64,000 bases of DNA from an uncultured delta proteobacterium (GTDB lineage: Bacteria > Myxococcota > UBA727 > VGSZ01), in assembly GCA_963775425.1 (NCBI GenBank), contig CAVZJB010000011.1, forward strand, positions 1 to 64,000, written 5' to 3'. The notes beneath the pieces are model-generated. The model made no database searches, was not told where the DNA came from, and saw nothing but the letters and a program-made list of their open reading frames with translations. Of this stretch, positions 18,448 to 27,909 are shown one piece after another. Positions within the stretch are counted from its first letter, which is position 1. Each line of letters opens with the position of its first letter. Made by a program: the position numbers and the translations under genes.

Positions 18448-19629
18448 ATGACTACCGCGGATCCGGATCTATTCACCCTGGCGTCAAACCTTCGGCGGCT
18501 GCGGACGGGCGCAGGGAGGACCCAGGAGGAGCTGGCCGAGGAGGTCGGGCTGTCACGCGCCGGCTACCGGAACATCGAGCTGGGGGAGTCGTGGCCGAAG
18601 GAGGAGACGCTGCACCACATCGCGCGCGCGTTGGGCGTGTCGGTGCACGGACTGCTGGCGGCGCCCACAGTCCTGAAGCACGTGCGGTTCCGGAGTCTCA
18701 AGCGGCTCAAGCGGCGCGAAGACGTGCTCCATCAAGTTGGGCAGTGGCTCAAGGACTACCGCGAGCTCGAGATACTGCTGAACGAGCCGCCGAAGATGAA
18801 CAAGCTGAAGGAGCTCGAGCCACGCGTACGCGAGCTCCGTAAGAAAGGCATGCCCGCCGTGGCCGCGATGGTGCGGAAGGAATTCGGGCTCGACGCGCGG
18901 CTGCCGGTCGACGACATCTGCGGTGTGCTTGAAGCGCACGGCGTGAAGGTTCACTCGGTTGCGTGGGAGACGGACGCGTTCTTCGGGCTGTCGGTGTCGG
19001 AGGAAGACGGCGGCCCCGCGGTGATCGTGAACGTCTGGGATCGAATACCCGTTGAGGCCTGGATCTTCAGCGCCGTCCATGAGCTCTTCCACTTGCTCGC
19101 ACACATCGGGTCCTATCGTGTCGAGGACGATCAGGAGGTCGACGCGGACCATCGTGAGGGTGGTCAGGAGCACGAAGCCGACGAATTCGCGGGGCACTTC
19201 CTGATGCCGCAGGAGTACTTCAAGGAGAAGTGGGAGGAGCTTCGCGGTTTTGCGACCTACGATCGCGTGTTGCGGGTGAAGCGGATGTTCCGCGTGAGCT
19301 GGCGAACGGTGGTCTATCGGCTCGCGCTCGAGCTTCCGACAGAGCAGAAGAACGAGCTTTGGCGGTTCATGAACGGCGAGCACAAGCGCCGCACGGGTCA
19401 GTCGCTGACGAAGCACGACGAGCCTGAGGGCATCGACAAGAGCTGGTTTCAGCGCGGGCGCGGAGCCGAGCCGGCGAAACTCGACGAGCATGACTTCGAG
19501 GACAACCGCCTACGCGCGCTCGTACGGCGCGGCGTCGAGGAGGGCGTCATCTCTCTCGGGAGGGCGGCGGAGATCTTGTGCATCGAGCAAAAGGAGATGC
19601 GCGCCGTCGCAGCGGCGTGGTTTGGGTGA
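18448..19629 (+). CDS. XRE HTH fused to ImmA/IrrE (M78) metallopeptidase (CapH+CapP-like)
   Basis: NLRRLR...TQEELAEEVGLSR...IELG HTH, VRFRS, FSAVHELFH (HExxH), EHEADEFAGHFLMP. Confidence 0.92.
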   Translation: MTTADPDLFTLASNLRRLRTGAGRTQEELAEEVGLSRAGYRNIELGESWPKEETLHHIARALGVSVHGLLAAPTVLKHVRFRSLKRLKRREDVLHQVGQWLKDYRELEILLNEPPKMNKLKELEPRVRELRKKGMPAVAAMVRKEFGLDARLPVDDICGVLEAHGVKVHSVAWETDAFFGLSVSEEDGGPAVIVNVWDRIPVEAWIFSAVHELFHLLAHIGSYRVEDDQEVDADHREGGQEHEADEFAGHFLMPQEYFKEKWEELRGFATYDRVLRVKRMFRVSWRTVVYRLALELPTEQKNELWRFMNGEHKRRTGQSLTKHDEPEGIDKSWFQRGRGAEPAKLDEHDFEDNRLRALVRRGVEEGVISLGRAAEILCIEQKEMRAVAAAWFG

Positions 19630-19635
19630 GGCTCC

Positions 19636-20118
19636 ATGTTCTTCGTCGTCGCGGATGTGCTCATGGACTACGTGGGCGCCGACATCGGGCTGCTCGCCGC
19701 GGTGTCCCGCAGCGTTGGCGCAGTGCACGTTGCGTCCGTCGTCCTGCGGATCGTCGACGAGCTCGATCGACGTGCGTGCGGTGACCACGCGCTTGTCGTC
19801 GTCGATGAGCCCCTGGATGTACTGCGCGAGGCGTCGGGACAGCGAGGGCGCATCGCCTTCGAAGACCGCGTCTGCTTATCGCTCGCAGCAACCGCGGGGG
19901 GCGTTTGCGTGACAAACGATCGCGCCGTGCGCGATGCGTGTGCGGCGAAGGAAGTTGCATCGAAGTCCGGGCTTGACCTGCTTTTGGCGCTGCGGCTTGC
20001 GGACGCGGCGACGGAAGCAGAAATCGAGAAGACCGCGAAGAAGATGCGCGAGGGCAACAGGACGCATGTGACGGCTTCGATGCTCGACGAGTTCCTTGCG
20101 CTTCTCCCAAGGCGCTGA
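19636..20118 (+). CDS. Degenerate PIN-domain protein
   Basis: ADVLMDY, AFEDRVCLSLA, VTNDRAVR. Starts 6 bp after the XRE-peptidase gene. Confidence 0.7.
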   Translation: MFFVVADVLMDYVGADIGLLAAVSRSVGAVHVASVVLRIVDELDRRACGDHALVVVDEPLDVLREASGQRGRIAFEDRVCLSLAATAGGVCVTNDRAVRDACAAKEVASKSGLDLLLALRLADAATEAEIEKTAKKMREGNRTHVTASMLDEFLALLPRR

Positions 20119-20209
20119 ATCACGGCGAGGTTCGCGTGCCTGTGCAGCTTGTCGGTTCAACGTTCGTCGGGCGCCTTTACAGACGCGGCGGGCGCGCGAT
20201 GATCCGCGT

Positions 20210-20926
20210 ATGAAGCAGAAGAAGCCATCGAAGGCGACCGAGAAGCTGTTCGACATCATCAACTTCGAGGTCACAAACTTCACTTGGGACGTGATCGTAT
20301 GGCGCGATCTCTTCAACGAGGCGACGATTCCGATCCTCAACAGGCGGACCGGAAACCTGTTCACGATCTTCCAGCGTCGCCTCTTCGACGGGCACCACAT
20401 CCGCATCTTCCGGTTGCTCGATAAGTCGCGCGGCGATCAGAGCGCGTCGATGTACGCCCTCTCCGCCGCGGTGAGACGCGACGGGTTTGACGACGTTGCG
20501 AAGGCGATGAGCAAGCACCTGCGCGAGATGAAGAAGCTTGCAGTGGGCATCGAGTGGCGTCGGAACAAGCTCATCGGCCACGTCGATCTCGACGCGCGGC
20601 TCGGCGATGTGTCACCGCCCACCGAGCCGACCTTCGAGACCGTGGCCGAGATCTGTCGCTTGGCGTCCCGCGTGGTGAACGAGTACTCGACGACGCTGCG
20701 CGGGGAGAAGCCAGGGGAGAGGCCGACGATCGCGCACGACTTTGCCCAGTACCTCCTCGACAATGGGCAGGATCCGAGCGCATTCCGCCTCGACGAGACA
20801 CACGCGCGCGCGCTGGTTCACGAGCTTGAGCTCGCGCAGCGGTGGCGCGATGAGCACCCAGATCATTGGATGACGCCCGAGATGAAGGCCGCGAAGAGGC
20901 GCTGCGAGTCACTCAGCGACGAGTGA
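20210..20926 (+). CDS. HEPN AbiU2-like protein
   Basis: IFRLLDK...S and WRRNKLIGHVD motifs. Confidence 0.7.
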   Translation: MKQKKPSKATEKLFDIINFEVTNFTWDVIVWRDLFNEATIPILNRRTGNLFTIFQRRLFDGHHIRIFRLLDKSRGDQSASMYALSAAVRRDGFDDVAKAMSKHLREMKKLAVGIEWRRNKLIGHVDLDARLGDVSPPTEPTFETVAEICRLASRVVNEYSTTLRGEKPGERPTIAHDFAQYLLDNGQDPSAFRLDETHARALVHELELAQRWRDEHPDHWMTPEMKAAKRRCESLSDE

Positions 20927-21019
20927 CGCTGCGGTACAACGTTCGTCGCAAGGATGCGCAGACGGACGCACCCGGGCCACGTTACGCGTCAGCGCGAAGA
21001 CAACCGTTGTTCCAGAACG

Positions 21020-22091
21020 CTAGACGTGCATGCGGTAATGGCGCTCCACGATCGTGGCCATCTCGGGACCCTTCCAGTAGGGCTCGATCCACCGGAGATG
21101 TTGGTCGCTCCACGTTCCCGCCGGCCGGCGCCAGTGTCCCCGCACCATGAAGCGCGAGAAGAGCTGAGCGCTGCCGGCCCGTCGCTCGCTGTCCCGCGCG
21201 CGGCGCAGGCTGAGAGATCGGGATCTTGCCCGGAAGAAAGAACACGCTCTCGTTGGAGTGAGCCCGTCGCATGGCGCCGGCGCGGGTTGCCGCGCGCTGC
21301 CGCCGCTTCTTGCCGAACCGCGCCGCGCCGTTCTTGATGGCGCGCGCGGGAGACGGAAGCAGCGACCAGCTCTCGGCCGCCGACGTCGCGTAGAGGATCG
21401 CGTTCACGACGAGGTGCACCAGCTGCTCGAGCTCCGGCCCGCCGACGATGACGTTCATGTCGGGCGCGGCCGCGGGCCCAGGGTTCTGGTTCTGCAGGAC
21501 CGTGGCGAGGTCGTCGTCGGGCTCCGAGGGCAGGTCGCGCAGCTTGGTCAGCGCCTTGTCGATGCGCTTCTCCATCTCCGGGCGCTCGACGGTGTCGCGC
21601 CCGGGGAGCGGGAGCGTCCGCTGCTGCACGACGGGGGTCGCGGCGTGCGGCTTCTCGTCGCGCGTGCTGGGCGGACGCGGCTCGACCTCGAACTTGTCGA
21701 CGCGGATCTTGAGGTCGAGCGAGTTCTGGATCGGCGCGTGGCCGCGGATGGCGGAGAACAGCACGGCGTAGGCGCGGTGCTGACGCGTGCGCTCGGCGTC
21801 GCTGCCGTGGCCCTGCTTGTACGCCTCGATCGCCGTGCGCGTGAACCGCTCCCAGGAGCCCATCACGTGCTTCTCCTCGAGCGGGAACCGGCGGATCTTG
21901 CCGGCCATCGCGTAGGCGTCGTCGCGGGTCTCCTTCGACACGCCTTGCTCCTCGAGCTCCTTGAGGAAGCGGTACTGGATCTTCGGGATGCGCGTCTGTG
22001 TGCGGCGCTCCTGGCGCTCCATCCGCTGGTTCGTCTTGTCGCGCTCACGCTCTCGCTCGTTGTCTTGCTCGGGACCGGGTCGGTTGCGCAT
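21020..22091 (-). pseudogene. Frameshifted protein with C-terminal VRGHWR...WIEPYWKG motif
   Basis: After GKIPISQ (about 21208) a shifted frame reads LFSRFMVRGHWRRPAGTWSDQHLRWIEPYWKGPEMATIVERHYRMHV, stop at 21020. Confidence 0.65.
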
Positions 22092-22264
22092 GTCGGGCCT
22101 CCTGCGGCTGGGGATGCAAAGCCGCGAACTTCCTCCTCGGGGATCCGCGTGCGCCGTGACACATCGTGTCCGACGCCGGTGGTGACGGGGGTTCCTCGGT
22201 CGTGGTCGAACCGGCGGCCTGCGGCCGGTTCCCAGCTGGAGCGTGCGCGCGTAGATTGGACCAA

Positions 22265-23092
22265 ATGAACCAGCTGCCGTTCAACACCGCGATTGCGACC
22301 GCACTGGCGAACCTCGTCGACGCAGACCGAACGAAGCCGAGCCACAGCGACCTCGACATGTTGTTCGCGCGGACGAAATTGGCGCGCGCCGACCCGAGGC
22401 GAGCACCCGAGGAGAGAGTGGGCAAGATGAAGAGGCTGCGCGGCGTGTTGACCTACGCGCTTGAACAGGACGTCGCCGCGGGGAAGCAGCTGATGCAGGA
22501 GTTGCTCGGCGTGATCGCGGGTGCGCGTGGGTTCGACAAGGAGAGCGAATTCTTTGTTGGAGATGCCGCGTTCTCGTCGCTCCGCGCGGCGTTCGCTGCC
22601 GAAGGCTGGGAAGTGGACCGCGACGGAGCGTTAAGGCCCCGCGTGCTCGATGCCCTGAGCGGTGCCGCACTCACGAGCGCCCTCGACGCCTACGTGAAGC
22701 GTGCGCAGCGGGGCTCGCTCGATGCGGCACTTGTAACGGGGACCGGCAAGGACCTTGTCGAAGCGACGGCGCGGCACGTCATCGTCGAGCGAGGTGGAAG
22801 CTACCACGAGACGATGCCGTTTCCGGGCACGTTGCTGAACGCCTTTCTCGCCGTTGGGATGGCGCCCCTTGCGCCGAACCAACTGCAGTCCATCACGCAG
22901 ACGCTCGACGCCGACCCGACAAAGAGGCTGCAACAGCTGCTCTATCTGGTCGCAACGGTCGCGAACACGCTGCGCAACAAGCAGGGCACCGGCCACGGTC
23001 GGCCGTTCCCGCCGACGGTATCTGACGACGACGCGCATGCGGCTGTGGAAGCGATGGGGTTGGTTGCTGAGTCGCTGCTCCGGCGGCTCTGA
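22265..23092 (+). CDS. Abortive infection family protein (Abi_C)
   Basis: GTGKDLVEATARHV and LRNKQGTGHGR. Confidence 0.82.
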   Translation: MNQLPFNTAIATALANLVDADRTKPSHSDLDMLFARTKLARADPRRAPEERVGKMKRLRGVLTYALEQDVAAGKQLMQELLGVIAGARGFDKESEFFVGDAAFSSLRAAFAAEGWEVDRDGALRPRVLDALSGAALTSALDAYVKRAQRGSLDAALVTGTGKDLVEATARHVIVERGGSYHETMPFPGTLLNAFLAVGMAPLAPNQLQSITQTLDADPTKRLQQLLYLVATVANTLRNKQGTGHGRPFPPTVSDDDAHAAVEAMGLVAESLLRRL

Positions 23093-23114
23093 AAGCCCTA
23101 CGACGAGGTGCTGG

Positions 23115-24290
23115 TTGCCGAGAGGGAAGCGCACTACATCGCACCTGCTCCAGGAACTCCTTGCAGAGCGCGTTGTCGACCGCGTTTTGCTCGACGAGAT
23201 GTTCGCGGAGTTCCCGCGCGAGGATGTTCACCTCGAGTACAAGAGCGGCCGATTGCTCGATGACGTCGACGCCGCGAGGGTCGAAATTCGGCGGCAGATC
23301 TGCGGCTTCGCCAGCGCGGACGGAGGCGTTCTCGTGATTGGCGCGTCAGATCCGGAAGTCGACCGAGAAACAGGCGCACTTCTGAAGCCGCCCGCGGTTG
23401 TTCCCGCGCACACGCACGTCGGAGGACAGGAACTTCGCCACTGGATCCGCGACTTGCTGGTGTCGATGCACCACGCTTTCGGTCAAGCACCGGTCTTTCC
23501 AGAAGCTATCCCCGTCCCCGGCGGGTGCGTGCAGCTCGTCGTGGTGGCGAAGGCGCCGGCTGCGATCGCGGTGCACGAGGATCGTCCGCGCTACTACTTC
23601 CGCTTCGGCGATGCGACGCGTGAAGCAGACCCATGGCTGATCACTGATCTCCACCTCGGCCGCCACCGGCAGCCGCGCTTCGTCCCTCGGATCCCAGCGG
23701 AGTACCGCCACCCAAAGGGACCTGCGGAGTACCTCAAGGGAGACGGCGCAAGCGACGACAGAGGATTCTCGCTGCGCGTCGACGTCGAGAACGATTCGCT
23801 CGCCCACGCGCGCGACGTGCGGGCCGGTATTCTCGGCCTTTGCCGTCAGCCGAGCACGCGAGCCATCTCGACGGCTTTGCGCGAACGGGTCTCCATCGAC
23901 GAGAAACGCGGAGCAACGCTCTGCTATTCGCAGCTTGTTGTCTTCGACCCGAAGCGGGGCTCGCGCGATACCGCGGACGCGATCTACCCCTTTGACGTCG
24001 TCCACTACGCGATGACCGAGCGGTGGCTGCTCCCCGCAGTCTCTCCAACTCCCGAGCGCCTTGACCTTTGGTGGGGCGCGATGTTCCTGGTCGCGGCCGA
24101 GCGGGAACCGAGCTGGTTTCAGGTAACCATCCTCCACGGCCACAAGAAGCGCGGCGCTGCACAGGACTTCCACGTCGACATCTTTCCGACGTGGAACGAG
24201 CGGCCTCGCGTGGCTGTGGAGCAGGAGCCGCTGCCGCCCGACCACGTTAGAGCGACGGCTCGTGAGATGCGCGAGCGCGGTCGCCGGTAG
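23115..24290 (+). CDS. AlbA_2/Schlafen-like domain protein with unknown C-terminal domain
   Basis: REDVHLEYKSG, ICGFASADGGVLVIG, YYFRFGD. TTG start after GAGGTG is inferred. Confidence 0.78.
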   Translation: MPRGKRTTSHLLQELLAERVVDRVLLDEMFAEFPREDVHLEYKSGRLLDDVDAARVEIRRQICGFASADGGVLVIGASDPEVDRETGALLKPPAVVPAHTHVGGQELRHWIRDLLVSMHHAFGQAPVFPEAIPVPGGCVQLVVVAKAPAAIAVHEDRPRYYFRFGDATREADPWLITDLHLGRHRQPRFVPRIPAEYRHPKGPAEYLKGDGASDDRGFSLRVDVENDSLAHARDVRAGILGLCRQPSTRAISTALRERVSIDEKRGATLCYSQLVVFDPKRGSRDTADAIYPFDVVHYAMTERWLLPAVSPTPERLDLWWGAMFLVAAEREPSWFQVTILHGHKKRGAAQDFHVDIFPTWNERPRVAVEQEPLPPDHVRATAREMRERGRR

Positions 24291-24351
24291 GCGCGTGCGG
24301 CCGTGCTAGCGCAATGCGCGTTTGCGTTGCTGAGGTTTCACGTACGGCCAC

Positions 24352-25027
24352 TCATCGTCGCTTTCGACGTCGAAGGCGCACGGGCTTAGAGGGCCGCACG
24401 AGCCACGCTGACGCGAAGCGGCGCACGCCGTTAGCCACGATGATGCTCTCTATCTCCGCGCTGCCAAGGTGCCCGCCCCTGTTCACCGCTGACGCCACGG
24501 CGCGGACGGCGGCCCATGTCCGTGGTTCTCAGCGCATGTCTGACTGCGACCGCGGCCATGCGAATGCGGAATTCGACTCGATGGAGCGGAGGAGCAGATC
24601 GCTCCTTTGCAACGGCCTGGCGCCGAAGCAGGCGGGCCGCCTTGCCGAGATCGCCCCTCGGGTGGTCAAGGCCACCACCGCCCGGAAACAGCGCCTCGAG
24701 GCCCGATGCCCAAGCCCCTGTTGATCGGAGTCGTCTCCTCGCGAGTGGACCGGCCAGTAACGCAGCAAGCTCCGCGTCCACGTGCACGTCGGCGAAGTAC
24801 GCAGCAACGTCGTTCCCAAGAAGGTAGAGCAACTCGAACGACCACCGGCTCGCGCGTCCAAGCAGCATCGTGTGGCCGGCACTTCCGTCGAGCGGCGCGG
24901 GGTACACAACGATCTCACGGGGTCGCAGGCCGGCGCGCCAGGCGATGACTGCGTGCCCGGCTTCGTGGATGGCCGTGTCATAGCGCTCTGAAATGAAGCG
25001 GCATCGCCGCCTCCGACGGGTGGGCAC
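24352..25027 (-). pseudogene. M41-like (FtsH protease domain only) zinc peptidase, frameshifted near 24520
   Basis: TAIHEAGHAV, LLAGPLA, GDLGKA. Typical tail WAAVRAVASAVNRGGHLGSAEIESII is in another frame. Confidence 0.6.
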
Positions 25028-25290
25028 GCCGAATCATAACTCCGTCGCCTGCTACACGCTTCGCGCGCGCAGACTAGCCCTCGGGCTCAAGGTGTCGCCG
25101 GCCGCTTGGGCATCCGCGCGCGTTATGAGCGCCTGGCAGAGCAGGGCGACGTTCGTGACGTGGAGGGCGGACTCCGGTGTCCGATGTAGAGCGGAGGTAG
25201 CTGCGAACACCAGCCGGCTTTTCCAGAGCCGGTTCTCCGTGCCGTCGGAAGAACTCGCGCCACCTGCATCTACGGGACCAGGAGGTGCAG

Positions 25291-25569
25291 ATGAACGAAG
25301 AGCTGTCGGACGCCGGCGCGGTCGAGCGCGCGGTCCACAAACGCGCTGGCGAGCAGCCGAGCCCGGAGGCGCTCCCTGCGGTTCTCACCGTCGACGAGCT
25401 CGCCGCGTTCCTGCGCCTCAACCGCAAGACCGTGTACGCGGCCATCGCCCAGCGCGCGATCCCCGGCGCGCGACGCATCGGCGGAATCATCCGCGTCGAC
25501 CGCGACGTGGTGCTAAAGTGGCTCGCAGGTGAAGGTCGCGTCTCGTCGCCGTCGCGGAGGAATCCATGA
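25291..25569 (+). CDS. Excisionase-like HTH_17 protein
   Basis: VLTVDELAAFLRLNRKTVY...IPGARRIGGIIRV. GGAGG RBS, overlaps the integrase start. Confidence 0.88.
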   Translation: MNEELSDAGAVERAVHKRAGEQPSPEALPAVLTVDELAAFLRLNRKTVYAAIAQRAIPGARRIGGIIRVDRDVVLKWLAGEGRVSSPSRRNP

Positions 25570-26771
25570 CGGTGAGGAGAGAGAAGCGGATCGACCCGGG
25601 AACGGGAAGCGTCCGTGAGTTTTGGATGGTCGACGTCGACGTGGAGATGCCCGACGGGAAGCGTCAGCGAGTGCGCAAGACTTCCCCGGTGCAGGCGAAA
25701 CGCGACGCCGAGAGATACGAGCTGGAGCTTCGTCGAGCGATCCTCGACGGCAGCTACATGAAGGAAGAAGAGGTTCCGAAGGTCGTGCCGCTCGTGAAGG
25801 AGTTCGTCCCTGTGTTCATCGAGGGCCACTGCAAGGCGGAGCAGTTGAAGCCGTCTTACGCGGCGTCGATGAAGCACGTCCTCAACCACCGCATCGTGCC
25901 GCGGATGGGGGACAAGCGACTGAACGAGGTCACGGCGAGTGACGTGCAGAAGATGAAGGGCGAGCTCGCGTCGCTCTCCCCAAAGACGGTGAACAACGCG
26001 CTCGCGGCGTTGCGCGTGATGCTGAGGAAGGCAGCCGAGTGGGACGTCATCGACGACGTCCCTTGCAGGATCAAGCTGCTCAAGGTGCACAAGGAGGAGA
26101 TGAAGTTCTACGACTTCGACGACTACGAACGGCTCGTCGAGGCCGCAGGACAGGTCGACGCGCGTCTCCAGCTCGCTATCCTGCTCGGCGGTGAGGCCGG
26201 GCTGCGCATGGGCGAGATGGCTGCGCTCGAGTGGGGACGGATCGTGTGGGCGCGAAACACGATCGTTGTCGCGGCGTCCGACTGGCGCGGGCACGTGACG
26301 AAGACGAAGGGCGGCAAGGTGCGTGAGGTGCCGATGACATCGAGGCTCGCTGCGGCGCGGCGCGCGCACAGCAAGGTTCGACGCATCGACAAGGACAGGG
26401 ACCTGGTGTTGATGCTCGACAACGGCAAGCCGTTCCATCGGGACGCCTTCCGCAAGGGCATAATGCGCGTGGAGCGAAGGGCGGGGCTCGAGGTGACCGG
26501 CAGGGTCCACGTGCTTCGCCACACGTTCTGCGCGCATCTGGCGATGCGTGGCGCGCCTGCGAAGGCGATCCAAGAGCTCGCCGGGCACGCGGACCTCAGC
26601 ACCACCATGGGGTACATGCACCTGACGCCGACGGCGCGCGCAGCCGCCATCGCGCTGCTCGAGCCTCGTCGAGAGCAGCAGAGTTACGGCAACCTGACGG
26701 CAACGGAAGCCACCGACGCGGTGGTGGTGGCGATCGGAGAAAAGAAAACCCTCGGCGGACCGAGGGTTTAG
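25566..26771 (+). CDS. Tyrosine recombinase/integrase
   Basis: GLRMGE, TKTK, HVLRHTF, LAGHADLSTTMGY catalytic set is complete. Confidence 0.96.
   Translation: MTVRREKRIDPGTGSVREFWMVDVDVEMPDGKRQRVRKTSPVQAKRDAERYELELRRAILDGSYMKEEEVPKVVPLVKEFVPVFIEGHCKAEQLKPSYAASMKHVLNHRIVPRMGDKRLNEVTASDVQKMKGELASLSPKTVNNALAALRVMLRKAAEWDVIDDVPCRIKLLKVHKEEMKFYDFDDYERLVEAAGQVDARLQLAILLGGEAGLRMGEMAALEWGRIVWARNTIVVAASDWRGHVTKTKGGKVREVPMTSRLAAARRAHSKVRRIDKDRDLVLMLDNGKPFHRDAFRKGIMRVERRAGLEVTGRVHVLRHTFCAHLAMRGAPAKAIQELAGHADLSTTMGYMHLTPTARAAAIALLEPRREQQSYGNLTATEATDAVVVAIGEKKTLGGPRV
26740..26769 (-). terminator. Intrinsic terminator downstream of tRNA-Asp
   Basis: Perfect stem AAACCCTCGG-CGGA-CCGAGGGTTT with a U-rich tail on the minus strand. 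Confidence 0.75.
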
Positions 26772-26784
26772 AAGAACCTAAAGC

Positions 26785-26861
<77 letters not shown>

Positions 26862-26983
26862 AACGGCGACGACTCGTATCGGCACTCGGAGAACGCGTCA
26901 AGGACGATCACCGCCCGCCGGCGATTCAGCGCGGCGCGCGCCCCCCGGGCCGCGCCCCACGATGAGGCGTCGGGCGCCGAGAG

Positions 26984-27874
26984 TCAGGCGCGGCGGCGGG
27001 AGCGCTTGGCGGCCTTCTTGGCCACCTCGGCGTGGCGCCGGGCGCGCTTCTCCGGCGAGGGCTTGCGCCCGATGAGCGCGGGCTGCTCCTCGTGGTGCTC
27101 GTCGAACGCCCCGGGCGCCGCGCCGAGCTCGAAGACGGCCACCTCGCGCTTGGCCCGCTCGCCGATGCGGAAGGGGACCATGGCCGCGCCGATGCCCGCG
27201 CCGACGTAGACGGCGCCCTCGCCCCGGCGGGCGCCGTAGAGCCCGTGCACGTAGCGGTGGCCGGCGACCCGGCCCACGCTCAGCTCGTGCAGCCGGGCCA
27301 CCGTGATCTGCCCGGCGTGGGTGTGCCCCGAGAGCACCAGGGGCACCCCGTGCTGCCAGAGGGGATCGGCCTCCTCGGCGATGTGGGAAAGCCCGAGCGA
27401 GGGCAGCCCGGGCCTGAGGCCGCGGACGGCGCGGGCGATGTCGGCGTGGCCGGTGTACGCGTCGTCGAGCCCCACGAGCTGCAGGCGCTGGTGACGCACC
27501 GTCAACGTCGTCGACGAGTTGCGCAGGACGCAGGCCCCCGCGCGCACCAGGGTCTTCACGACGTCCTGCGCGCCGCACCAGTGATCGTGGTTGCCGAGCA
27601 CCGCCACCACCGGCGCGTCGAAGGCCTCGATGATCTCGCGCAGGTCGTCGAGCCAGGCCTGGCTGTGGCAGACGAAGTCGCCCGTGAGCGCGACCACGTC
27701 GGGCTTGGCCGCGTTCGCCTGCGCCACCGCCTCCATCTGCGCCTCCATGGGCGTGATGCGGCCGACGTGCTGGTCGGTGAGGTGCGCGACCACGAGCGGC
27801 TCGTCGAAGAGCTCCGAGTGCGAGATGTGGCCCGCGAAGCGGCGCGTGATGACCCGGGAGGGTTGTGCGATCAC
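26984..27874 (-). CDS. Calcineurin-like metallophosphoesterase
   Basis: TDQHVG, GDFV, GNHD, SGHTHAGQ. Start is estimated. Confidence 0.88.
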   Translation of the reverse strand: MIAQPSRVITRRFAGHISHSELFDEPLVVAHLTDQHVGRITPMEAQMEAVAQANAAKPDVVALTGDFVCHSQAWLDDLREIIEAFDAPVVAVLGNHDHWCGAQDVVKTLVRAGACVLRNSSTTLTVRHQRLQLVGLDDAYTGHADIARAVRGLRPGLPSLGLSHIAEEADPLWQHGVPLVLSGHTHAGQITVARLHELSVGRVAGHRYVHGLYGARRGEGAVYVGAGIGAAMVPFRIGERAKREVAVFELGAAPGAFDEHHEEQPALIGRKPSPEKRARRHAEVAKKAAKRSRRRA

Positions 27875-27909
27875 ATCAGGAGCATAGCGATGCTCCGACG
27901 GGCGAGCGA

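Larger units (their letters stand above)
1..26784. mobile_element. tRNA-Asp-anchored genomic (defence) island, left boundary outside window
   Basis: Excisionase and tyrosine integrase end 14 bp from the 3' end of tRNA-Asp. Cargo is IS elements and defence-type genes. Codon third positions are visibly less G/C-biased than to the right of the tRNA. Confidence 0.85.

Noticed and set aside
25291-26771. Prophage
   Set aside because: No capsid, terminase, tail or replication genes in the window. They cannot be excluded left of position 1.
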